The position numbers and the translations under genes are program-made. Below, one piece after another: positions 47,715 to 57,005 of a DNA stretch of 64,000 bases (the first letter of the stretch is position 1; each line of letters begins with the position of its first letter). The notes beneath the pieces are model-generated. The model ran no database searches and was not told where the DNA came from. It saw only the letters and a list, made by a program, of their open reading frames with translations. Origin of the DNA: a virus (lineage: Duplodnaviria; Caudoviricetes); IMG/VR virus record IMGVR_UViG_3300028586_000020, positions 15,149 through 79,148 of that record; one strand, 5' to 3'.

Positions 47715-48156
47715 GCATCGCCGGCCTGGGCCACACGGCAAGCATGAAAGCTCACCAGGCACACCCATGCAAGCCCAACGGCTAAGCCAAAAAATCTGGC
47801 GTACTCCGCAGCGTCTACCAAACGGTACGGAGTACGCTAGTAAAAGGAACTAGGGTCATCCTTGTCTTGTATTACATACATCGATGTACCAGGCACACAG
47901 ACAGAGTATTGCCTGGTACAGAAGGTGTCACTGTAAGACGAAGTTCTCTTTAAGAGAACATTCCCTCATCTCTTTCGAAACATACCTCTTAGCCTGACGG
48001 GGCAAACACATGGGGCGCATTGGTCCTCATCGAAAGAGATGTAAGTAGTCCATGTCCGCTACCGTAAGGGAAGTTGGCAAACAACAGACATGGTTGTGAC
48101 CAGGCTCTCGCTCCTTCGGGAGCGAGAGCCTGAGTTATGATGTCTCTTTTTTTTTT
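47715..48156 (+). ncRNA. Candidate structured non-coding RNA (about 440 nt)
   Basis: No credible ORF. Consecutive stems at 47724-29/47755-60, 47796-808/47828-840, 47885-895/47910-920, 47943-959, 47967-978/48030-041 and 48050-056/48087-093, then a 14-bp terminator hairpin. Confidence 0.5.
48101..48156 (+). terminator. Rho-independent terminator
   Basis: CAGGCTCTCGCTCC-TTCG-GGAGCGAGAGCCTG, then TTATG and a 10-T run. Confidence 0.85.
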
Positions 48157-48262
48157 CATTTTTAAACACAGCCTCTGTGAGGCGTTTATTTCCTATGGAC
48201 ACAAGAATCTACTCAGCCACAGAAACAAACGCTCCTAGGGGCCTTATAGACCGTTTTGACAG

Positions 48263-48306
48263 CATACTACCCATCCATCCCCGCTGTGGAGATGGATGGG
48301 AGTATG
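48263..48306 (-). terminator. Hairpin with CATACT/AGTATG flanks downstream of the tail tube gene
   Basis: CCCATCCATC...GATGGATGGG stem. Confidence 0.75.
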
Positions 48307-48313
48307 ACGTTGT

Positions 48314-49204
48314 TTAGACGTTGATTTGACGATTGGCGATGCTTTGCACGCTGGCATCGAAACCGACACCACCAGCTGCGCGTACATCTGCGCTGATCTG
48401 GTTGATCATGGCCTGTTTCATCATCGGGTTAGCACCGACGTAGTTGACCGTGTTCAGGATCTGCTGCGCGAACGCGTCGACACCGGGGCCGACTTGGTGC
48501 AGGGCGGTGAACGACAGATCGAGCTGGACCGTTTGCATGTCCTGGGTCTTGTCTGCCGAACCGACGATGTCGCCCGTGCCTTCTGGGAACATGTTGAAGC
48601 AGAGCCAGGATTGCTGGACTTTGCGACCGAATGCATCCGGCTCGATGTAGAGCACGGTCATCGTGGTTTGGTCGGCGAGCAGATCAGGCGCTTGGCCGCT
48701 GTTGTAGGCCGCTTGAAACGCTGGCAGGGTGGTCACCATAGGGAACTTGGTGTCCGGGTCCATGCCCGCATACAGCATCCAGGTTTCGATCAGGCGTTGG
48801 ATCGGGCGACCGAAGCGTTCGATGTACGAGTGCTTCGGCTGCGATTCAGCGCGCTTGATGTTCGACAGGTCTTTCTGCGTTTGACCGGAGCCGCCGAAAG
48901 CGTTTTCGGTAAAGCTGGCCGAGAGGCCGCGGTTCAGACCATCGATGTTCAGCCATTGCGTCTCGATCAGAGCGCGCAGCGCCGAAACGTATTTTGGGCT
49001 GTTCGGGAAATACTGGAACAGCTTGGGGGCCTCGATCAGGATGGGGATGAGGTGACGACGGATGTGCGCTTGGTTGTTGACAAACGCAGCATGGTCCGGC
49101 GCCCAACCCATCTGGCCGCCGTAGGTCAGATCGACCATCGGCGCATTGGCACCCAGACCGTAAGCTGTGCCAGGTTGCAGAATGGCACCAGTAGGACGAG
49201 TCAT
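48314..49204 (-). CDS. Tail tube protein (phiKZ gp30-like)
   Basis: 296 aa directly downstream of the sheath gene; WLCFNMFPEGTG motif and highly biased codons. Confidence 0.85.
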   Translation of the reverse strand: MTRPTGAILQPGTAYGLGANAPMVDLTYGGQMGWAPDHAAFVNNQAHIRRHLIPILIEAPKLFQYFPNSPKYVSALRALIETQWLNIDGLNRGLSASFTENAFGGSGQTQKDLSNIKRAESQPKHSYIERFGRPIQRLIETWMLYAGMDPDTKFPMVTTLPAFQAAYNSGQAPDLLADQTTMTVLYIEPDAFGRKVQQSWLCFNMFPEGTGDIVGSADKTQDMQTVQLDLSFTALHQVGPGVDAFAQQILNTVNYVGANPMMKQAMINQISADVRAAGGVGFDASVQSIANRQINV

Positions 49205-49273
49205 GTTTATACCTTTTTGGGAAAGCGATCTAGGTAGCCTGCGCTACCTAGATCTAGTGTCGATGTGCCGCGA

Positions 49274-51364
49274 TTAAACGGCCTGGGTTTGGAGGTCTTC
49301 CGAACGATACGACTCGATCGTCAGCGACTGGACCGTACGCATTGGCGATGCGCCCAGCTTGATCTTGGTCGTCCAGCTATAACCACGCAGATCATCGTCG
49401 GCTGTGAATTCCGTTTCCACGATGAATTCGAAGCGGTTATCGAACTTACCATCGACCGCGGCGAGGATGGCGCTGTTAATGCGTTCCACGAGTTGGTCTT
49501 TGGTCAGGTCTTGACGACCCGTCATGTCACGGTGGACCTTGTCGCCGATACGCACCAGCTGCGCGCACGCGAAGGCGGTGATGGCTCCGTTCAGCACCGA
49601 GGTGTCGTCTGGGAAGACGGTCTGGTGTTGTGGGAAATACATCATGTCCATCGTGTACGGCTCTGGCCAGACCATGCCGGCGTCCCAGTCCTTGTAACGC
49701 GCGTTGGCAGGGCGGAACACCACGTTCATGTCGCGCAGCAGGCTAACGACGTTGTTCGGGTTGACGTCGGGTTTGTAGTTCGGTACCCACTTGCCGTTCG
49801 CTGCGCCCATGTAGAGCGACCAGGCGTTTGCGCGGTCGATCGAAGAAGGCACTGCTGCGGTATAGTTACTGTTGAGCAGATAGCCCGAACCAGCGATGAT
49901 GCAACCACGCACGGTCGGCGTTGCGTAGTAATCCGATTCCGGATAGCTTTGCAGCGCTTGTGCCAGGGAGATGGCCACCGAACGTTCTTGCTCGTCAGTC
50001 AGGTTGGGACCACCGACGACGTGGGTCGAACCCATCACAAAGGTGTCTTTGCGCACGCCGATGAAGTTACCCAAGACGCGCTTGACATCCAGCGGGAAGC
50101 CCGAATCCCAGAACATGTTTTCTGGGTGGTTGACAGCATCTTGACGGAAGCTGTTCTTGTCACCGTATTCTTGCAACTTGGCTTTCACCAGGTTCGAGAA
50201 TACTTCGTCGTTCATGGTGCCATCCGAACCGCCGCTGGCATACATCACACCCGTTTCGTTCAGGCGGACGCTGTTGTTGGCGCCGGTGACGAGCTGGAAG
50301 GTGTGGTACGGCGCGCCGTAGGACGACACTGCGGTGAACGGGTTGATGCGGTAGATCTCGTCTTGCTCGCCTTGAATGTCGCTGAAGACATCGATGGTTG
50401 GCAGTTCGGCCTGGTAGATCATGTTCAGCACGGTCTTGACGTTGTTGTCGTAGACCTTGATGCGATCGAAGTCGCCGATGGTAGGCGACATGCCTGGCGT
50501 CGACGCGTCGTGGTATGCTTTGACGAAAATATCGCCCAGGTACATCTGCGCACCGGTGGCGCGGTCACGCATGCCTGGCTTCAGGGTGAAGGTCAGTTCT
50601 GGCGTGCCGCCCAGGGTTGACACGGTTTGTGCGGTGGTCAGGTTATCAGGACGCGATTTGACAGCCAGCTGGAACGGATAGGCTTTCTGGTCCGTGATCA
50701 GTTTGGTGTTGACCACGTTTTGGGTCAGTTGGGTCAGCACCCACAGGGCGATGCCTTTGTCGTTACCCCACTCGCCTTCCGAGCTGACCATGAAGTCCAT
50801 GATCGGGTAGCGGTCCGACTGAGTCGAACTTTGGACATCGGTCTGGTCGCCTTTGGTGACGGTGCCGACGCCGAATTGACGAACGCCTTCGAAGACCGAA
50901 ATCGGTTCGACGACCCATTTGCCCAGATAACCATCGACCTTGGCGCCGAGTGGCGTCTTGATGCCATCCAGGCCCAGCTTGTACGAGCCGTCGGTGTTGC
51001 GCTCGAAGTCTTGGATTTGGGTTTCCAGCAGATCGAGCGACAGGCGGAAAGCTGCCGGCGGCGCGATGTCTTCTGGAACGATGCGTTCGACCATCGAGGC
51101 GTTGCCGGCCCGGTTGAACACGTTGTTGAATGCGGTTGCGTGGTTGAAGTACTTGCCCAGCTCATCGAACGTCTCTGCGCCGAAGATGGCCGTGCGGCTG
51201 TCGCCAACAACGAGATAGTTCTTGCCTGGTTTGCCTTTGCGGGCGAACAAAAACGATTTTGGCAGGTGGGACGGCTGGTCGAGTGCTTGAGGAGCCAGCG
51301 TCCGACCAGACACATCGTGGATGCCGCGATTGTACGTCATCGGTACGGCGTTAGGGATGTTCAT
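49274..51364 (-). CDS. Tail sheath protein (phiKZ gp29-like)
   Basis: 696 aa; FWDSGFPLDVK, YPESDYY.TP..RG.I..GSG and the C-terminal DDLRGYSWTTKIKL are typical of jumbo-phage sheaths. Confidence 0.9.
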   Translation of the reverse strand: MNIPNAVPMTYNRGIHDVSGRTLAPQALDQPSHLPKSFLFARKGKPGKNYLVVGDSRTAIFGAETFDELGKYFNHATAFNNVFNRAGNASMVERIVPEDIAPPAAFRLSLDLLETQIQDFERNTDGSYKLGLDGIKTPLGAKVDGYLGKWVVEPISVFEGVRQFGVGTVTKGDQTDVQSSTQSDRYPIMDFMVSSEGEWGNDKGIALWVLTQLTQNVVNTKLITDQKAYPFQLAVKSRPDNLTTAQTVSTLGGTPELTFTLKPGMRDRATGAQMYLGDIFVKAYHDASTPGMSPTIGDFDRIKVYDNNVKTVLNMIYQAELPTIDVFSDIQGEQDEIYRINPFTAVSSYGAPYHTFQLVTGANNSVRLNETGVMYASGGSDGTMNDEVFSNLVKAKLQEYGDKNSFRQDAVNHPENMFWDSGFPLDVKRVLGNFIGVRKDTFVMGSTHVVGGPNLTDEQERSVAISLAQALQSYPESDYYATPTVRGCIIAGSGYLLNSNYTAAVPSSIDRANAWSLYMGAANGKWVPNYKPDVNPNNVVSLLRDMNVVFRPANARYKDWDAGMVWPEPYTMDMMYFPQHQTVFPDDTSVLNGAITAFACAQLVRIGDKVHRDMTGRQDLTKDQLVERINSAILAAVDGKFDNRFEFIVETEFTADDDLRGYSWTTKIKLGASPMRTVQSLTIESYRSEDLQTQAV

Positions 51365-51598
51365 TATGTCAGGTTCCTGTCGCTAATAATGAATGGTATG
51401 GTTTCGGTATTGTTTCGAAGTCGATGCCCAGCATCATAGTAATCGTAAAAAAATACTGGCAGGATCGGCGAAAAGACCTACCTGTAATGTTAAAACAACC
51501 TGAGCGGACTCGACATTGGTTTAACATAGAATGTCGGGCGTATAAGGGAAGGTAATATTTTTATCTTTCTATTCGTCAGAAACTAAGGATCAGTCAAA

Positions 51599-52570
51599 AT
51601 GACAATCTGCAAAACAGCATACGACACGACCGCCTGCGCAGGGTTCCGCATGGCCGCCATTGTCGACGCAATCCAAGAAGCGCGGGCGCGTGATTATCTC
51701 ACCGCCGCCGATAACGTGGCGTATGTGGAAGTGTCCACCGGCGCCTCTGGCCAAGTCAAGGCATTCAAGCACGCGCTCTACATCCACAAGTGGACCAATC
51801 CAAAGGACTGGCAAGGCGCACGCGCTGGTAACGACGATCCCATCTTGGCCATGGATGTGCGCGCCGCTGGCCGCTTCGATGCCACCACAGGTCGCTTTAA
51901 AGTGACCAACTCGACCATGTACAAAAACCTGGTTTACCGTGCGGGCTTGACCTCGGTCTGGTTGACCAACGGCGCAGCCGCTTTCCGCAACATCACACCG
52001 ATGGCCACCGGTATCTTCGCCTCGTGGCTGGCCGAAGCAATCGGTTTCAAGTACGCGCTCGATCCGAAATCGAAAATCGAACTGATGATCGTTGCCGGTT
52101 TGTTCTACCAATCGAACCACGTAGAAGGCGTCGAGTTCGACAAAGGCAATGAATCGCGTTACTTGGCCTCGGTCGCTAACGCACTGCGTTTGAACGTTAC
52201 CGAAGTGGCGCGCGTCTACCAGCAAACCCAAGCCATCGTTTCGCTCGAAGACTTCTGCACCAAAGCCAAACAAGTGCTTAACAATGTGCGCCTGGAAAAC
52301 CTGAACGGCGGTGTGTTGATTTCGATGATGGGTTCGACTTGGACTGGCGACAACGCGCCAGAACTGGTGGCGGTGGCCCTCGAACACCCACCGACCTGGA
52401 TCTCACTGGTCTATGAAGCAGCCACCAACATGGCACTCAAGAAAGTGGGTCTGTCAAAGATCGTTGAGCGTAGCCAGTATAAAGATGGTCTGGACCGCTT
52501 AAAGCAAATGCTCAGGACGCTGGCTCCGGAATCGACTGAGAAAGTCGAAAACGTCCCATCGCTGTACTGA
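51599..52570 (+). CDS. Virion structural protein (phiKZ gp28-like position)
   Basis: 323-aa ORF divergent from the sheath gene, first of the run leading to terminase. Confidence 0.7.
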   Translation: MTICKTAYDTTACAGFRMAAIVDAIQEARARDYLTAADNVAYVEVSTGASGQVKAFKHALYIHKWTNPKDWQGARAGNDDPILAMDVRAAGRFDATTGRFKVTNSTMYKNLVYRAGLTSVWLTNGAAAFRNITPMATGIFASWLAEAIGFKYALDPKSKIELMIVAGLFYQSNHVEGVEFDKGNESRYLASVANALRLNVTEVARVYQQTQAIVSLEDFCTKAKQVLNNVRLENLNGGVLISMMGSTWTGDNAPELVAVALEHPPTWISLVYEAATNMALKKVGLSKIVERSQYKDGLDRLKQMLRTLAPESTEKVENVPSLY

Positions 52571-52581
52571 CCGCAAAGCTA

Positions 52582-52619
52582 ACTACCATCTGGATCGAGC
52601 AATCGGTCTGGATGGTAGT
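52582..52619 (+). terminator. Long hairpin with GCAA tetraloop
   Basis: ACTACCATCTGGATCGA-GCAA-TCGGTCTGGATGGTAGT followed by a T-rich tract. Confidence 0.7.
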
Positions 52620-52648
52620 AACTTATATTTCTTTTTTTAAGGATCACC

Positions 52649-55216
52649 ATGGCTGACTTCCTTGTTAAGCATGCCATCCAGAATGTGTGGTGTACTCCCG
52701 AACAAGATCAACAGTCCAACTTCAAGTTGGGGAAGATCACACGTTACGGTGGTGTCTACACGAAAGTGGATGTCATGTGGCGCCAGTATCCACTTCCTGT
52801 GGCGGGCGTTTTGTTTCACTGCTACCAAGTTGGTAACATCGGCCCGCGTCACCTGGGCTGGGTCAATCCGCCGTTGCCTGGTGTCTGGATGCGTTTACCA
52901 GAAGTGTGCGAACTCGAAGAAACCATCGTTGACTTGTACACCGTCAATGGTCGGCAATCGCCACGCATCTTGGCATGGTACACCGTCACGGATGATAACG
53001 CCTTGGTCATCGCCATCCAAAAGCATGACCGGGTAGCAATTAACTACGACACCGAAGCGTTGTACCTGCGCGTTTACCACAACGCCTACTTCGGCTCGGT
53101 CCGTCGTGATGTCACCCACGACTTCATTGAAGTTAAGGGGGCAATCCCACGTAACGTCGAAGAGATCCTTGCGCTTCAAAACAAATTCATCGCTGCCAAC
53201 GAACGCGGTGTGGCTTATGCATTCGTCAACGGTTTCATGGTCGACAAAATCGATCTGTTGACAGTGGCTATTGACGATGTGGTGGAGTTTGTCTACGACG
53301 GCTCCATCTACGCGGTTGAAGATTTGGTAATCGGAAGCATTCCGGTATTCGATAGCACCATGGATGCCAAGCGCAAATACTTGATCCATTCGAGCCAAGC
53401 GCTGAAAACCAACATCACTTACCACGATGACGTGGATGTGTTTGTGTTCAAGAAGAGTCCACAAGGACGCTTTAACGGTCTGTATTTCCACCGCAACGAA
53501 CGCGACGCCGTACGTCAAGTTACGCACGCTGACTTCTCGATCGCCATCCCGTATTTGGATTCGTTCTTAAATACCCTGCCCGACTGGACAGACCTGAACG
53601 AACTGACACTCCGGATACACCTGCGACACTCGGGTTATCGTCGACCCTTGGCAGGCGAAGCGAACCGCATCAAAGAACTCTACAAACTGCCTGACGCAGA
53701 CATCATCAAAGCGATGGTGGGTGTGGATGCAGTCGTACCAGAATGGCAGGCGGCGCATTTGGAAGCGTCGGCCTACACCAAGATCATGCGTGCTAGCACC
53801 ATGGAGATCACACCAGCGCTGGTACAAGAAGCCTTCGGTTACAATGCCATGAGTCAAATCCTGGCACCCACGCCCCAGTTCGTGAAGAACGTCTCGACCA
53901 TCGGTGTCGTGGACATTCCGCCTAATCTGCAATACCGAAGCGCGGTGTTCGAATACGATTTCGATGGTCATTTGCTGGGGTGGTATAACCACACGCTGGG
54001 CGCGCAATGGATCGTGCGTAACCCTGCTGCGCGCATGGTGCAGATCTTGGCAGGCTTTGGTGTAAAGCGGCTCGATGAGCGTTACGGCATGCAAAGCGCT
54101 ACCATCGACCCTAACCTCGATTACCGAATGTACAACTGCACCATCGTCAATGGTCAGCCCGACAACATCTGGCGCGACGTCACCGACACCGGCGCTTATG
54201 CGGTATCGGGCACGGGACTCGATTGGTTAACGCCAGCGTCGACCACGTTTACCTTGGTGCGCAGTAATCTGGACTTCTTGTGCTACGACTTGGATCTGCC
54301 GGTTCAAGGGGGCATTTTGGACTTAACCCTCACCTCCGAACAAGATCGTGGCACTGGGTACAAGAACGCCATCATGCAAATTCAGATGGGTGAACTCGAT
54401 CTCTGGCTTAACCAGAAAGCATTGGTGGAAGGCATCGATTACATCGTCAACTTCCCCCGCATCGTGATCATCAATAAGAAGTACATCGACCACAGCAAAC
54501 CGAACCAGAAAATCACCATTCGCTTCTGCGGCCATGCCAAGGCAGACTTGAGCCGGGCGGTGTTGGGCGACCGCGGCTTTGTAAGCCATGGTGTTTTATC
54601 GAATAACAACAAGTTCGATATCCGGGACGACAAGGTGCTCCATATCGCAGTCGGTGGTGGTGTGTATGATCGCAGCGAACTCGTCTTTGCAGAAGAGCAC
54701 AGCGGCGTCAATGTCCAAGGCGTTCCCAATGGCTCGCCGTATGTGGTGCGTGATGTTGTCGTGCCTATGCGTGGAACGACCAATGCAAAAACGTATGAGC
54801 TACGCGACAAGGCGTTGGTGACAGATCAGCATGTGTCGGATTACTTGACCATGAAACTGCCGCCGCCGACTTACACAGAAGTGAGCCCGATCAGTGAGCG
54901 CTATCCAGTCTACAGCCCATTTGTGTCGGCGCTGATCGACGATTTGCACAGCAAAGCGTTTACCGATGAACGCATGTTCGGTCACTACGACGCCAACACG
55001 CTACGGGACATGTGTGCGTACTACGAACCGCTTCTGGCGTTTGAACCCACCCGTGCCCCGAATCTAGCAGATGAGCGGTATGTGAGTGTGCAGCCGTTCT
55101 ACAAGGACGTTGTCACTAACCTGGGCTTGTTCGAATACCGTTTCTTGTCGCGTGCGGTATCGCTTTATTTAAACGATGCAGTGAAGTTGTCACACTTCGT
55201 GACCGTCACTGCGTAA
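52649..55216 (+). CDS. Virion structural / baseplate protein (phiKZ gp27-like position)
   Basis: 855-aa ORF, AAGGA RBS; N-terminus HAIQNVWCTPEQD; synteny. Confidence 0.7.
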   Translation: MADFLVKHAIQNVWCTPEQDQQSNFKLGKITRYGGVYTKVDVMWRQYPLPVAGVLFHCYQVGNIGPRHLGWVNPPLPGVWMRLPEVCELEETIVDLYTVNGRQSPRILAWYTVTDDNALVIAIQKHDRVAINYDTEALYLRVYHNAYFGSVRRDVTHDFIEVKGAIPRNVEEILALQNKFIAANERGVAYAFVNGFMVDKIDLLTVAIDDVVEFVYDGSIYAVEDLVIGSIPVFDSTMDAKRKYLIHSSQALKTNITYHDDVDVFVFKKSPQGRFNGLYFHRNERDAVRQVTHADFSIAIPYLDSFLNTLPDWTDLNELTLRIHLRHSGYRRPLAGEANRIKELYKLPDADIIKAMVGVDAVVPEWQAAHLEASAYTKIMRASTMEITPALVQEAFGYNAMSQILAPTPQFVKNVSTIGVVDIPPNLQYRSAVFEYDFDGHLLGWYNHTLGAQWIVRNPAARMVQILAGFGVKRLDERYGMQSATIDPNLDYRMYNCTIVNGQPDNIWRDVTDTGAYAVSGTGLDWLTPASTTFTLVRSNLDFLCYDLDLPVQGGILDLTLTSEQDRGTGYKNAIMQIQMGELDLWLNQKALVEGIDYIVNFPRIVIINKKYIDHSKPNQKITIRFCGHAKADLSRAVLGDRGFVSHGVLSNNNKFDIRDDKVLHIAVGGGVYDRSELVFAEEHSGVNVQGVPNGSPYVVRDVVVPMRGTTNAKTYELRDKALVTDQHVSDYLTMKLPPPTYTEVSPISERYPVYSPFVSALIDDLHSKAFTDERMFGHYDANTLRDMCAYYEPLLAFEPTRAPNLADERYVSVQPFYKDVVTNLGLFEYRFLSRAVSLYLNDAVKLSHFVTVTA

Positions 55217-55226
55217 TGGAGAAAAC

Positions 55227-56939
55227 ATGGCAACTACTGTTGAAAGCGCCAATGCGCCAAAGTTAGCGCTTAGTACCGTCGGCATTGTCGGTACCGATGG
55301 CGAGGTGCCGGTGTATGATCCCGATGCCCGTTGGACGACCTGGGCATTGCATGAAATCTACACTGGCCAAGAAGGCGCAAACCGTTACGTGCCGAAGGTA
55401 AAAGACTGGGTGGTTGATCTGCCAGCTGCGAAGTATTACGAGGTGATCGATGTCGATGTCACCACGTTGATTCCGCGGATGAAATCGATCAAGCCTTTGT
55501 CGCAAGACCAAGAGTTCAGCAACACGGACTTGATCCTGGGCGTGGGTCCAGGTGGTATTTCCGATACGTTCCGTGTCTACCTGAACACGAACGTGTTGCC
55601 GCACACCCTGACGGTCGAAGCCCGGCTGCACACCTACTCCTCGGAAGCGGAAAGCTTTACCATTTTCCGTGGCACCGATGTAGAAGGCACTGCCAAACCG
55701 ATTAGCCAAATGTTTAACCAATCCAACGAATTGATTGGCACTGCCATTCCGCTGACGTTGGCTGCAATCGATGGTGACAACCGCACGGTGAAATCGTTCC
55801 CGGTGTGCTACACCACGGAAGACATCCCCGATGGTGAGAAGGTAGTGCTGATCGCGTACTCGGATGCTGGTCACCAAGTATCGAAGGTAGAACTGCTGGT
55901 GGAAAACACCCAGTTCGTACCAAACGCCGATGGTTCGCTCAAATACATCACCAATATCAGTTTGGAGTCGCCGTTCATTTCGCCTTCGGACCCGAACGTG
56001 TTGAGCTTCCCGCTGAACGTCATGCAAAACGGGCTGTCGTTGATGGGTGTGGTGCACTACAGCGATGGCAGCAAAGTACGTCTGCCGGTGAACAATACCC
56101 GGTTCTCGCTGCGTGGTTTGGATAACTTCATTTCCACCTACGCTGGTCAAAAGTTTGACCTGGTGCTCGACTACAAACTGGCGGACGGCGAAATCACCAT
56201 GGGGATGCAAACCACCCCTGCCAAGTCGATCACACGGCTGTACCAAGGCATCACGACCAACTTCGAGGGCATGTACTCGCCGAAGCTCTACGGCTTCCCA
56301 GTCTGGATCAACTCCGTCTCGGGTTACCGTCTGGAATGGTGGCTGTACGACATGGAACGCCGTATGGCGCAATTGGTGACGCCGTTTGTGAAAGTCAACA
56401 CCAACTCGCGGCCATTTGATCCACTCGGCTTTGGTTTCAAACAAGCACTCGGCGTTTCGATCAATCTGAAAGACGTCAACCCAAGTGGTCTGGCGCTCAA
56501 TCACGTGCAAACGATCGATATCGTACTGCGTCAACCTGGCACTGCCCGTAGCACCAACTGGGCCATTGGTTTTGTGCCCAACCAAGACGTGCTCTTCGGT
56601 GAAGGTAACTTTGCCAAGATGAACCTCATCAACCAGAACCAGATGAAGTTGGACATCACGTGTGGTGAAACCAACCAAGCCCTGTGGCTGGAACGCCTCT
56701 ACCGACTGGTCAAACCTCTGTCGGACCAAGGGCGCGAGATCAAGGCACCGGAACCGACGTATTTCTCGGTCTGCACACCAGAATGGGAAGTGTCGTATCC
56801 AATCGGCCAATGGAACAAAGTGTTGACGCTGGGTCATACCGTGGCTAACAACAGCACGATCTTCATCAAGTTCTTTGTCCGCACAGCTGACACGGATATT
56901 CACCTGGCTGTCGCAGGTATGCCCGTCTATCAGCAGTAA
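55227..56939 (+). CDS. Virion structural / baseplate protein (phiKZ gp26-like position)
   Basis: 570-aa beta-rich ORF directly upstream of terminase. Confidence 0.7.
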   Translation: MATTVESANAPKLALSTVGIVGTDGEVPVYDPDARWTTWALHEIYTGQEGANRYVPKVKDWVVDLPAAKYYEVIDVDVTTLIPRMKSIKPLSQDQEFSNTDLILGVGPGGISDTFRVYLNTNVLPHTLTVEARLHTYSSEAESFTIFRGTDVEGTAKPISQMFNQSNELIGTAIPLTLAAIDGDNRTVKSFPVCYTTEDIPDGEKVVLIAYSDAGHQVSKVELLVENTQFVPNADGSLKYITNISLESPFISPSDPNVLSFPLNVMQNGLSLMGVVHYSDGSKVRLPVNNTRFSLRGLDNFISTYAGQKFDLVLDYKLADGEITMGMQTTPAKSITRLYQGITTNFEGMYSPKLYGFPVWINSVSGYRLEWWLYDMERRMAQLVTPFVKVNTNSRPFDPLGFGFKQALGVSINLKDVNPSGLALNHVQTIDIVLRQPGTARSTNWAIGFVPNQDVLFGEGNFAKMNLINQNQMKLDITCGETNQALWLERLYRLVKPLSDQGREIKAPEPTYFSVCTPEWEVSYPIGQWNKVLTLGHTVANNSTIFIKFFVRTADTDIHLAVAGMPVYQQ

Positions 56940-56947
56940 GTTCTCTT

Positions 56948-56994
56948 CCCCGCTACCCTGTGGTAGCGGGGTGTTGAGGCTTATGACCTTTTTC
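56948..56994 (+). terminator. Hairpin followed by CTTATG and a T-run
   Basis: CCCCGCTACC-CTGT-GGTAGCGGGG ... CTTATGACCTTTTT. Confidence 0.65.
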
Positions 56995-57005
56995 GAAAGT
57001 GTATT

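Noticed and set aside
47846-48060. Group I intron core, suggested by TAGTCC resembling the P7 3-prime strand
   Set aside because: The only partner is GGAACTA, which does not give the GACUA/G-binding geometry; no P3-P6 consensus and no interrupted gene.
47027-48156. tmRNA or RNase P RNA
   Set aside because: No G3:U70 Ala acceptor or tag reading frame, and no GAGGAAAGUCC or matching P4 motif on either strand.
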